Shown piece by piece: positions 35,173 through 44,554 of a stretch of DNA of 64,000 nt; position 1 is the stretch's first letter, and each line of letters opens with the position of its first letter. Position numbers and translations under genes: made by a program. The notes under the pieces are model-generated. The model saw only the letters and a program-made list of their open reading frames with translations. It was not told the DNA's origin and searched no databases. Origin of the DNA: Carpediemonas membranifera BICM. Taxonomy: Eukaryota > Protista > Fornicata. Where the stretch lies: contig JAHDYR010000007.1 in the NCBI GenBank assembly GCA_019828565.1, forward strand, positions 1-64,000. The letters run 5' to 3'.

Positions 35173-36238
35173 GGTTGATGTTTGTTACTTACAGATTGTC
35201 GGTGACCATGCGCTTGCGTCCACGATACTTCTGAGCGCGAAGGGAACGACAAACGGACGTATGGGCAACAATAAGTGGCCTAGCCAGATCGTCATCACCA
35301 AGTTCGGTGATTTTGGCACGAATTTCCTTCAGAACGGCCTCTACGGCTGTGTTGTCCGACATCAAATGAGTTGACGGCGACATATCCTGCACATTTCTCG
35401 GAAACGGTCGAAGGAACAACTAACAAGGTCATCTTAGTCTTCAAGCATGCATTTATTGTCGGTAATAAGGCATTAGGAGCTTCCTAGTGCTCCTTCCGGT
35501 CAGTTTGATGTTGTTATTCAAGTACAGTTGGACGCAGAAAATTAGAAGCCTCAGAACTCCTCAACGGAGCCGAATTGGAGCTTCTAAGTACGTTTTTCGG
35601 CGTCTGTGTGATTATGAGCGATAAGGGCTCAGCATTGGCAGTGTTTGCTAGAGCAATCGTTCTTGGCCTTCGAATTACATGGAATGGCATATAACACGTA
35701 TAAGGTTTGTGAAGACGGCCTAGGAAGGCCGTGGAGGGGCAGTGGTAAGCCTTTCCGTCACGTTTCACCATTTTTGAAACAGAGCTCACATAGCGGTACC
35801 GCAGTTAGATCATGATACCATCATTTTGATTTCGTTCAGCTAGATGCGAAAGCACTCAGGCCATGGGGTTGCCAGCCCTATGAGTCACCGTTGGCGGTCG
35901 GGTGGCACCGTCCAGGCCTTTGGTGAAATGCTGACGTCAAGTCTCTCTGTCATGCCTATACCAGGCATGGAGGGGCAGTGTTGTGGGTCCTACCCAAAGT
36001 TACACAGATTTACGTTATATTTAATAGTCAAGGAGTTTCTCCTCGACACCCTTGTGTCGAGTCTTCTCCTCAGTAAAAGTTCAACACCCATTGAACCACA
36101 GTCCTGGAAACTCCGTCTCTCCGTCCCGGCTTCGAGCTCAGATCTGGCCCACCTACTTCACCTACAGGACAGAGGACGCCTACGGTTCAATGTGATGGCG
36201 TTCAGGACGTTTTCCACAGAGTCCTCAGGTCGGACAGA

Positions 36239-37117
36239 GTGATTCACCTTAATCACGCGTCTGCTCGGACGGTGGCCGGCTGGGTGGCCAGGTTCGAAGG
36301 CTCTCGCGATCGCAGCCTGTCGGATCGAGACCAGCTTGTAGCCTTCCTCAAGGACGAAGGCTCCTTCTGCGGGCCATCGAACGTGGCGAGGAAGGGCTAC
36401 TGGATTGTTCAGCTACAGGAGTTCCTCAAAGACTGGCATCCGCCCGCCAACTCCAAGTACATCGTTAAGCAGGCGGCTAAGGGCGCCAGCACGGCGGGAA
36501 CTACCGGCGGCTCGCGCGCCATCACCAAGGCTGAGATGATCGAGGCACTGGGGCGCCGGAGTGACGACTTTGAGTCATATCAGGCATGTCTCTTTGGGGC
36601 AGTCGCCTATCTGACGGTGTCCAGAGGCATCGAGATACTCTCCCTATGCCCGGCCGACCTGGAGCTACTCAAGAACGGCGACATTCTCCTACACATTCAG
36701 CGGACCAAGACCATCCTAACGGGAGTTAAGAAGCGCGTACCATACGTATGGCTATCAGCCGCCTTCAACCCGGCCTTGGCACTTAGACGCTGGGTCGAGG
36801 GCACACACTACCTGGCTGATGACACCCCCATCTGGCGAGTCATAGTCAACGGGCGCCTGAGCAGAGACAAACCGCTCACAGCCGCACACCTCCGACGAGT
36901 CGTGAAGGCGTTGTTCGGTCCACGGACGGGTCTCCACAGCTTCCGTAAGGGGGCAGCGTCGGAGATGGCTCTATCAGGAGTCCCGCTGGAGGTGATCCTC
37001 TCAATGGGCACATGGAAGGACGTCACCTCCCTCCGCAGCTATGTCGCTGACGCCATCAGAACAAACGAGGACCTCACCAGGAGGATGAACCTCAGCCTTC
37101 TCGGGCCCCACTTTTAA
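36239..37117 (+). CDS. tyrosine recombinase of G1
   Basis: SRGIE (R), RTKT (K), LHSFRKG (HxxR), MGTW, RSYV (Y). Confidence 0.9.
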   Translation: MIHLNHASARTVAGWVARFEGSRDRSLSDRDQLVAFLKDEGSFCGPSNVARKGYWIVQLQEFLKDWHPPANSKYIVKQAAKGASTAGTTGGSRAITKAEMIEALGRRSDDFESYQACLFGAVAYLTVSRGIEILSLCPADLELLKNGDILLHIQRTKTILTGVKKRVPYVWLSAAFNPALALRRWVEGTHYLADDTPIWRVIVNGRLSRDKPLTAAHLRRVVKALFGPRTGLHSFRKGAASEMALSGVPLEVILSMGTWKDVTSLRSYVADAIRTNEDLTRRMNLSLLGPHF

Positions 37118-37620
37118 CCACCCCCTCCATTAAACATCCGCGTTCGAGGGGAACGGCCGAGGCGAGACGGACTCGCCGGCCTGGATTCATCATTAATTCT
37201 TAACTCTGGTCGAGGCGAGATAGACTCGCCGGCCCAAAGCTTTAGTCCCACAGGGACGTCTTGCGGGATTGTCCCATTTTGGTTGGATTTAAGAGGAGGG
37301 CTCTCTGTTATAGAGCCACACTTTGTGGATCCTGTCACAGGACCATCACTGGCACCTGCGCGCGCCGATCAATGTGCACTTTAGGTCACACTTCGAAACG
37401 CATCGGCAGGTGTCGGAGCCGTTAGGACCTGACCGGACCGCGAGACGAGGATTTACCCGGGTCTGTCATAAGAGCTCGGGGAAGCCACCCGAAGTAAATA
37501 CTCGCCCCCCCCCATTTTGGTTGGATTTAAGAGGAGGGCTTCCTGTCACAGGACCATCACTGGCACCTGCGCGCGCCGATCAATGTGCACTTTAGGTCAC
37601 ACTTCGAAACGCATCGGCAG

Positions 37621-38104
37621 GATGTCTGATAACGAAGACCTGCCGCCGCAAGACAGTCCCGATGAGCTTAACAAGCGTATCGAGAAGCTGGAGCGCTTGG
37701 TTAAGATACAATCGGAAGCAATTTTGGAGCAGCAAGCAGAAGCAGCTCGCCGTCCACTGTTCCTGGAGATGCCAAAGAGGTTCGGCCTCGAAGATGAGGC
37801 CAGATTCGTATACAAGACCATGAATAGGATCGAGAACGGCGCAAAGATGAAGGAGATCGGGAACATTCTCTTTGCAAGAATCCAGTACCTTCTAATCAAG
37901 GACGTGTACACTGACGCTACTGCAGAGCGGTTCGAGAACTATTGCAAGGCGAAGGGCGTGCCTGATCGCGACGAGGTCCTGGAACTGGCGGCCCGCGCCA
38001 AGTCTAAGGGCGATAAGCGCGACGCTAATTTTCGCCGCGGTGGCCGCGCTCAGGACCGAGGTCGCACTCAGACAGGATCCTCCGGCAAGAGAGCCCACAC
38101 CTAA
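37621..38104 (+). CDS. ORF1 (gag-like) of G2 (ATG about 37622)
   Basis: same protein as 27997-28479. Confidence 0.7.
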
Positions 38105-40790
38105 CCCTCTTTCCATGCATGAACGCGGCGTGGAGGGAGTGGCAGAGGTTGGGAGCATCACAACGGGTGATCAACTGGTTACGATACGGGGTCGAGATCC
38201 GTCTGAGAAGTCAACCACCAGCACCAAGGCAACAGCCGACAGTCGACCCATTCATTGTCCAGCAGATTCCTTCCTTGATAGAGACAGGCGTCATAGAGCA
38301 AGTGAATCCCTCTTCCCTGCGACACACCGCCTCGCTGTTTACTGTGCCGAAGGGCGAGTCGAAGAGGATCATTCACAACCTCACGATACTGAACGACTGC
38401 TCGGCAGAGCGCTCATCCTTCCGGCTCTACGGTCTGCGCAGAGCTCTCTCCCTTCTCCAGAGGGGCGACTGGATGGTCAAGTTCGACCTCAAGTCCGGGT
38501 ACCATCAAGTACCAGTACGGAAGGAGGACCGCAAGCTGCTAGGAGTCTATCTTCCAGACGGACGAGCGTTTCAGTACAGAGTGCTAGGCTTCGGCTGGCG
38601 CGCATCGCCGTTCGTGTTTCAGACGATCACCAACCAACTCGCCAAGATACTAGCCCTTCGGACGGGTCTTACCATCGTTGTCTACCTCGACGACTTCCTC
38701 TTATTTCACCGCGACCGAGAAATCCTGAGGAGGGCGGTGCCGCGCATCAGGCGGACTCTAGCCGACCTCTGTGTCCTCACCTCAGAGGAGAAGTCAGAAT
38801 GGGCACCGACTCAGTCATTGGTCTATCTGGGGCTCGTGATAGACTCCGCGAGTTTTACAATACGCCTCCCGGCGGACAAGGCCAAACGTTACTCCTCTCA
38901 CATTCATCAGGCTCTGGCAGGCAAGACCATCGATCAGGAGACTTGGGCCAAGATCCTCGGGAGACTGACTTACTTCGCTACAACCGCCCACGGGGCTTTC
39001 CTCCGGCTGAGACACCTTCAACAGGACCCACTCTCCAAGGAGCTACTGCAAGAGTGGCTGCTACTGCTAAGAGAGCGCCCAGTCCGAGACATCAGAGAAC
39101 TTCAGTCGCTTTGGGGCGCTCACCCCTCCTTAGACCTCGTCGTATCGACAGACGCATCTGGAGTCAAGTGGGGAGCAGCCGTGCACGGCGAGTATGGGAC
39201 CTCAGCCTCGGGCACGTTCACTCCAGAACTAAGAGCAGAATCTATCAACGTGAAGGAGCTCGCGGGAATCCTACAGGGCATCCGTCTGATCGGCAGACAG
39301 AGTTCCCAACGCGAGCTATCGATCTTCTCAGACAACACATCAGCTCTGGCCTGGCTCAACAAGGCGGGGTCTACGAAGGCTCCACCTCAGGCCCTGCACA
39401 TTCTAGCCCAGATCCAGAAGGAGGCGGAGGACCGGAACCTGACACTCCGTGGACTACACACTCCGGGCATCATCAACCTGGCAGCAGATCGGCTGTCCAG
39501 AGGCTTCTCACGACTCCCTTCCTCTCTGGAGTCCAGCATGGAATCTGTCCTCGCGGAGTGGGGTCCAGTCCAGACAGTCTCAGCGGACGTAGACGTAAGG
39601 CTTGGATGTCGCGTCCTCTGGGCCCCCAATTCGTCTATGGCAGCCATAGTCCAGAAGATAGCGACAGCGAGAGTTCAGACTCAGACTGGACACCCGAGGT
39701 CTTGGACCTCAGCAGTCTTTCTCCTCTACCCAGAGGTTCAAGCGCCGGAGATGAGACTCCTCAAGAGTTGGACGTCCTGGAAACTCCGTCTCTCCGTCCC
39801 GGCTTCGAGCTCAGATCTGGCCCACCTACTTCACCTACAGGACAGAGGACGCCTACGGTTCAATGTGATGGCGTTCAGGACGTTTTCCACAGAGTCCTCA
39901 GGTCGGACAGAGTGATTCACCTTAATCACGCGTCTGCTCGGACGGTGGCCGGCTGGGTGGCCAGGTTCGAAGGCTCTCGCGATCGCAGCCTGTCGGATCG
40001 AGACCAGCTTGTAGCCTTCCTCAAGGACGAAGGCTCCTTCTGCGGGCCATCGAACGTGGCGAGGAAGGGCTACTGGATTGTTCAGCTACAGGAGTTCCTC
40101 AAAGACTGGCATCCGCCCGCCAACTCCAAGTACATCGTTAAGCAGGCGGCTAAGGGCGCCAGCACGGCGGGAACTACCGGCGGCTCGCGCGCCATCACCA
40201 AGGCTGAGATGATCGAGGCACTGGGGCGCCGGAGTGACGACTTTGAGTCATATCAGGCATGTCTCTTTGGGGCAGTCGCCTATCTGACGGTGTCCAGAGG
40301 CATCGAGATACTCTCCCTATGCCCGGCCGACCTGGAGCTACTCAAGAACGGCGACATTCTCCTACACATTCAGCGGACCAAGACCATCCTAACGGGAGTT
40401 AAGAAGCGCGTACCATACGTATGGCTATCAGCCGCCTTCAACCCGGCCTTGGCACTTAGACGCTGGGTCGAGGGCACACACTACCTGGCTGATGACACCC
40501 CCATCTGGCGAGTCATAGTCAACGGGCGCCTGAGCAGAGACAAACCGCTCACAGCCGCACACCTCCGACGAGTCGTGAAGGCGTTGTTCGGTCCACGGAC
40601 GGGTCTCCACAGCTTCCGTAAGGGGGCAGCGTCGGAGATGGCTCTATCAGGAGTCCCGCTGGAGGTGATCCTCTCAATGGGCACATGGAAGGACGTCACC
40701 TCCCTCCGCAGCTATGTCGCTGACGCCATCAGAACAAACGAGGACCTCACCAGGAGGATGAACCTCAGCCTTCTCGGGCCCCACTTTTAA
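38040..40790 (+). CDS. YR-frame ORF of G2 (recombinase domain about 39912-40790; frame open across the whole RT ORF)
   Basis: 916-aa open frame ending in the R-K-HxxR-W-Y catalytic set; true start unknown. Confidence 0.8.
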   Translation: MAALRTEVALRQDPPAREPTPNPLSMHERGVEGVAEVGSITTGDQLVTIRGRDPSEKSTTSTKATADSRPIHCPADSFLDRDRRHRASESLFPATHRLAVYCAEGRVEEDHSQPHDTERLLGRALILPALRSAQSSLPSPEGRLDGQVRPQVRVPSSTSTEGGPQAARSLSSRRTSVSVQSARLRLARIAVRVSDDHQPTRQDTSPSDGSYHRCLPRRLPLISPRPRNPEEGGAAHQADSSRPLCPHLRGEVRMGTDSVIGLSGARDRLREFYNTPPGGQGQTLLLSHSSGSGRQDHRSGDLGQDPRETDLLRYNRPRGFPPAETPSTGPTLQGATARVAATAKRAPSPRHQRTSVALGRSPLLRPRRIDRRIWSQVGSSRARRVWDLSLGHVHSRTKSRIYQREGARGNPTGHPSDRQTEFPTRAIDLLRQHISSGLAQQGGVYEGSTSGPAHSSPDPEGGGGPEPDTPWTTHSGHHQPGSRSAVQRLLTTPFLSGVQHGICPRGVGSSPDSLSGRRRKAWMSRPLGPQFVYGSHSPEDSDSESSDSDWTPEVLDLSSLSPLPRGSSAGDETPQELDVLETPSLRPGFELRSGPPTSPTGQRTPTVQCDGVQDVFHRVLRSDRVIHLNHASARTVAGWVARFEGSRDRSLSDRDQLVAFLKDEGSFCGPSNVARKGYWIVQLQEFLKDWHPPANSKYIVKQAAKGASTAGTTGGSRAITKAEMIEALGRRSDDFESYQACLFGAVAYLTVSRGIEILSLCPADLELLKNGDILLHIQRTKTILTGVKKRVPYVWLSAAFNPALALRRWVEGTHYLADDTPIWRVIVNGRLSRDKPLTAAHLRRVVKALFGPRTGLHSFRKGAASEMALSGVPLEVILSMGTWKDVTSLRSYVADAIRTNEDLTRRMNLSLLGPHF
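38119..39915 (+). CDS. RT-RNase H (plus degenerate MT-like tail) of G2
   Basis: 598 aa; YLDD, TDAS, INVKEL, FSDNTSA, NLAADRLSR. Confidence 0.93.
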   Translation: MNAAWREWQRLGASQRVINWLRYGVEIRLRSQPPAPRQQPTVDPFIVQQIPSLIETGVIEQVNPSSLRHTASLFTVPKGESKRIIHNLTILNDCSAERSSFRLYGLRRALSLLQRGDWMVKFDLKSGYHQVPVRKEDRKLLGVYLPDGRAFQYRVLGFGWRASPFVFQTITNQLAKILALRTGLTIVVYLDDFLLFHRDREILRRAVPRIRRTLADLCVLTSEEKSEWAPTQSLVYLGLVIDSASFTIRLPADKAKRYSSHIHQALAGKTIDQETWAKILGRLTYFATTAHGAFLRLRHLQQDPLSKELLQEWLLLLRERPVRDIRELQSLWGAHPSLDLVVSTDASGVKWGAAVHGEYGTSASGTFTPELRAESINVKELAGILQGIRLIGRQSSQRELSIFSDNTSALAWLNKAGSTKAPPQALHILAQIQKEAEDRNLTLRGLHTPGIINLAADRLSRGFSRLPSSLESSMESVLAEWGPVQTVSADVDVRLGCRVLWAPNSSMAAIVQKIATARVQTQTGHPRSWTSAVFLLYPEVQAPEMRLLKSWTSWKLRLSVPASSSDLAHLLHLQDRGRLRFNVMAFRTFSTESSGRTE

Positions 40791-41002
40791 CCACCCCCTC
40801 CATTAAACATCCGCGTTCGAGGGGAACGGCCGAGGCGAGACGGACTCGCCGGCCTGGATTCATCATTAATTCTTAACTCTGGTCGAGGCGAGATAGACTC
40901 GCCGGCCCAAAGCTTTAGTCCCACAGGGACGTCTTGCGGGATTGTCCCATTTTGGTTGGATTTAAGAGGAGGGCTCTCTGTTATAGAGCCACACTTTGTG
41001 GA

Positions 41003-41270
41003 TCCTGTCACAGGACCATCACTGGCACCTGCGCGCGCCGATCAATGTGCACTTTAGGTCACACTTCGAAACGCATCGGCAGGTGTCGGAGCCGTTAGGA
41101 CCTGACCGGACCGCGAGACGAGGATTTACCCGGGTCTCCTGTCACAGGACCATCACTGGCACCTGCGCGCGCCGATCAATGTGCACTTTAGGTCACACTT
41201 CGAAACGCATCGGCAGGTGTCGGAGCCGTTAGGACCTGACCGGACCGCGAGACGAGGATTTACCCGGGTC
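41003..41270 (+). repeat. 134-bp tandem duplication (41003-41136, 41137-41270) in the G2 3' end
   Basis: direct comparison with G1, which has one unit. Confidence 0.9.
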
Positions 41271-41420
41271 TGTCATAAGAGCTCGGGGAAGCCACCCGAA
41301 GTAAATACTCGCCCCCCTATTTTGGTTGGATTTAAGAGGAGGGCTCTCTGTTATAGAGCCACACTTTGTGGACTCTGTTATAGAGCCACACTTTGTGGAG
41401 TTCGAAATGCGAATTAAGCT

Positions 41421-41493
41421 AGCGCCCAATGGAAGTTGAATCCATGACCTATCGGACTGCAGCCGATTGCTCTACCAACTGAGCTATAGACGC
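41421..41493 (-). tRNA. tRNA-Cys(GCA)
   Basis: acceptor GCGTCTA/TGGGCGC with U73 discriminator, anticodon arm ATCGG-CTGCAGT-CCGAT, T-arm ATGGA-TTCAACT-TCCAT. Confidence 0.88.
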
Positions 41494-41686
41494 TTGCATA
41501 CCGTCGTAGACGCGATGCGTAAGTACGCCTCGGGGCGTGGTACAGGCCCAGATGGACTACCGGCCATCTGGTACAAATATTCGAGAGAGATCGAATATTG
41601 ACCAAATATTCGAATCAAATCTACGGTCCAGTTCAGACCAATTTTACCAAGGGGTTAAAACCCCATTCCCCGGTAGTTCCGAGAAG

Positions 41687-42205
41687 ATGGGCGACGCACA
41701 GCCCCCCGTGACACTGGAGAGCCTGGAGGCCCTGGTGCGGTCACAGGCTGCTACAATAGCATCACTGAGCGAGAATCTTGACGATGTCCGCACGAATGCT
41801 GAGGATGTACGCAAACCCACCAAAATCCCAGCAGTGCTCAAAGAATTCCAACACCTGCGCGCCCTACACGGAGAAATCAAGTCAATCCTGGCTGACCCCA
41901 GCAAGGAGACGATTGCTGACATAACCACAGCCATTAATCTTGCCGTTGAAAAGCGCCTCGAGTTCCTCCGAGTCCTCGACTCTGCCAACGAAGAAGCGGC
42001 CGCCTACTTTATCGTCACCGCCGAGGACATATCCAACGTCAAGGACCTCGTCAAGGTCGCCGCCAAGGCCAAGAAGGCCATCCCTGCCACGCGGGCTCAC
42101 ACATCACACCGGTTCGCCAAGCGTCCCTTCCGAAACCACGGATACAACAACCACAGATTCCAGAAAGCCTCGGGCAACCGCAATGCGGCCCCGGGGCAGC
42201 AGTAG
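41687..42205 (+). CDS. ORF1 (gag-like) of E
   Basis: helical ORF with basic tail upstream of RT; same position as G ORF1. Confidence 0.7.
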   Translation: MGDAQPPVTLESLEALVRSQAATIASLSENLDDVRTNAEDVRKPTKIPAVLKEFQHLRALHGEIKSILADPSKETIADITTAINLAVEKRLEFLRVLDSANEEAAAYFIVTAEDISNVKDLVKVAAKAKKAIPATRAHTSHRFAKRPFRNHGYNNHRFQKASGNRNAAPGQQ

Positions 42206-42273
42206 TTGCCCAAGTGAGGTTATGCCATCCTCAGATATAAAAGGCACCGTCTACGTTTTGAATACAGAGAAGA

Positions 42274-43893
42274 ATGTCACAAGAGCAAGCAAGAAGCGAA
42301 ACAAGCCAGGACACATGGCACCTATTGTCCGACGCTCAGCCCGTCTCTGGTCCAGGTCAACGGACACACGTGGTTGGCTCAATGAGTCGAGCGTGGAAAG
42401 AGTGGGAGGCCATGGGGGCCAGCACGAGTGTCGTGGACTTACTCCGGCAGGGAGTCCCAGTACAGGACGGGCAGACGACGAACTCGTCGCCCAACGGGTC
42501 ACAGGGCCCGATCACAGACACAATCAACGAGCTAATGGAGCTGCAAGCAGTGGAGCAGTGTGCACCGACAGAGGTAGCGCAAGTCTGCCCAATCTTCATG
42601 ACGCTGAAGAAGAACCACATAGACTGGCGCCTCATCCACGACCTGAGGCCGGTGAACTGGTACCAGACAACCAGGCGATTCCGACTGAAGGGATTGACCG
42701 AGATAGCGAATGCACTGACCAAGGGGGCGTGGCTCGCCAGCGTGGACCTGAAGAGCGGATATTACCAAGTCCTGGTCGAACAGACGGGTCGGAAATGGCT
42801 AGGCTTCCAGCACGAAGGGAACACGTACCGCTGGAACGCGCTTCCTTTCGGCCTCAACACGGCCCCGGAAGCATTTCAATCGATCACGGCGCAGGCGGCG
42901 AAGATCATCCGCCGAGAGCTCTCTCTCACAGTGTTCGTCTACCTAGACGACCTGTTGTTCGCCGACCCATCACAGCAAGAGCTAGCACGAAAGATGCCCG
43001 AAGTCCTGAAGATAATGGAGCGGCTAGGAATGATAATCTCGAGAAACAAGTGCGTTCTTACACCGACACGACGAATCGAGTACCTGGGAATAGTTATCGA
43101 TACGCGCAAGAACACAATGTCTCTTCCGAACGACAAGCGCGTGGAGCTGAGAAGAATGATCGATCAGGTGCTCAAAGAACGAAGAACAACGAAGATAGAA
43201 CTCCAGCGACTCATTGGCAAACTCCTTTTCGCCAGATTCGCAGTAGGAGCAAGAACGCTTCCTCGACTGAGAGAACTCCAGTTAATGGTGACTGCGCCGA
43301 GTCAGCGATTTACGAGAGCCTCCATGCCCCGAGACGCCCGCACAGACCTCAGATGGTGGGCGCGTGTGATCGCGACAGACCCGCAGTACGCAATGCAGGG
43401 GTCACCGCGACCGGAGATCAGGGTCGAGACAGACGCCTCGGACGTAGCTTACGGCGCGACAATATGGACAGACAGCGAGAGGATGGAGATCCAGGGCCGG
43501 TTCAAGCAGTCATTCATACACAAGTCGATCAACTGCAAAGAGACGAGGGCCATAACCACGGCGCTGCGACACTGGGCACATGTGATCCGAGACAGAGATG
43601 TCCTGATCGCGGGAGACAACACCTCGTCACTCGCGTGGGTTGCGAAGAGTTCGACGAAGGCCCCAGCCCACATTCGCCGGGAGATCGCCGACCTACACGA
43701 CTTCCTGCATGCCAACGGTTGCCGCTTGAGAGTCAAACATATCGCAGGTGTATTCAACACAACGGCCGATGCTCTGTCGAGGTACAAGAAGCTCGATTGG
43801 GCCATGCCAGCGGCCCTGCTGGCAGCTGCGATAGAGAGGTGGGGAGCAGTGGACCGAGCGCTGTTCGCGGCCGAAAGGTTCTTACCCCAGGAC
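42274..43893 (+). pseudogene. RT-RNase H of E (interrupted by C; MT-like tail resumes 49934-50320)
   Basis: DLKSGYYQ, LPFGL, YLDD, TDAS, INCKE, GDN, ADALSR; frame restored on removing C plus one TSD. Confidence 0.92.
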
Positions 43894-44554
43894 TGTGGTT
43901 CGTTTGACGAACTATGTTTACAGAGGAGAAGACTCGACACAATGGTGTCGAGGAGAAACTCCTTGACTAACTAATATCATATATAAATCTGTGTAATCTT
44001 GGGTGAGACCCATGACACTGCCCCTCCATGCCTCAATGAGGCATGACCCCAGACAGCGTGAGCTTTGACGGCTGGCTACTGCCAGTGGGGGTGAATGTTG
44101 GCTCTTGGGGGCCGGTCCTGGTGGGTGCCAACCACCGATCGAGCCCCTTTTTTGCGACCTTGGCGGGGACACAACAAGAAGCACAACGACGTGCAAAAAT
44201 AGCACGGCTTACAATCGCGCGGTACCGCTGGGTTAGAAGGATCCTACCATAGGGGTTCTGCCCCTCCTCGGCTTTTCCTCGCCGAAAATCGAAATGCGAC
44301 GTACCTTAAAATGCTTGGGTGCAGGTTATGGCCATCCAAACACAACGATGGTGAAACACCGCCCCTTTCCAACTGTTTGCGCCATTAATCAGGTTGGTGC
44401 TGAAAATGGCATTTTCAGGCCTCAACGAGGCCTCTACGGCGAGATACGAGCCTTTTTCTTTGCAGCGTGAATTCACACCACGACTACGCTCAGATAGAGC
44501 TACTAAACGACTAAACAACATCAAGACAACAATAAAGAGATCATAACTCCATGT

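Larger units (their letters stand above)
30154..36100 (+). mobile_element. complete Gypsy chromodomain element B3 (5947 bp)
   Basis: identical 122-bp LTRs 30154-30275 and 35979-36100; 4-bp TSD GTCC, confirmed against the empty site in G2 (about 39775). Confidence 0.97.
37541..41372 (+). mobile_element. YR retrotransposon G, copy 2 (intact, 3832 bp), inserted in the B2 repeat of G1
   Basis: ends TCCTGTCAC...CTTTGTGGA; removing it restores GAGGGCT|CTCTGTT with no TSD. Confidence 0.92.
27916..41399 (+). mobile_element. YR retrotransposon G, copy 1 (27916-37540 plus 41373-41399); hosts B3 and G2
   Basis: split direct repeats A1 27916-27996, B1 37273-37329, A2 37330-37410, B2 37511-37540 plus 41373-41399; ORF1, RT-RH and YR present. 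Confidence 0.9.

Noticed and set aside
27916-41399. Short recurring repeats as a CRISPR array or prokaryotic integron/prophage
   Set aside because: Fully explained as the A/B split direct repeats of a YR retrotransposon; no regular spacers, cas genes or phage genes.
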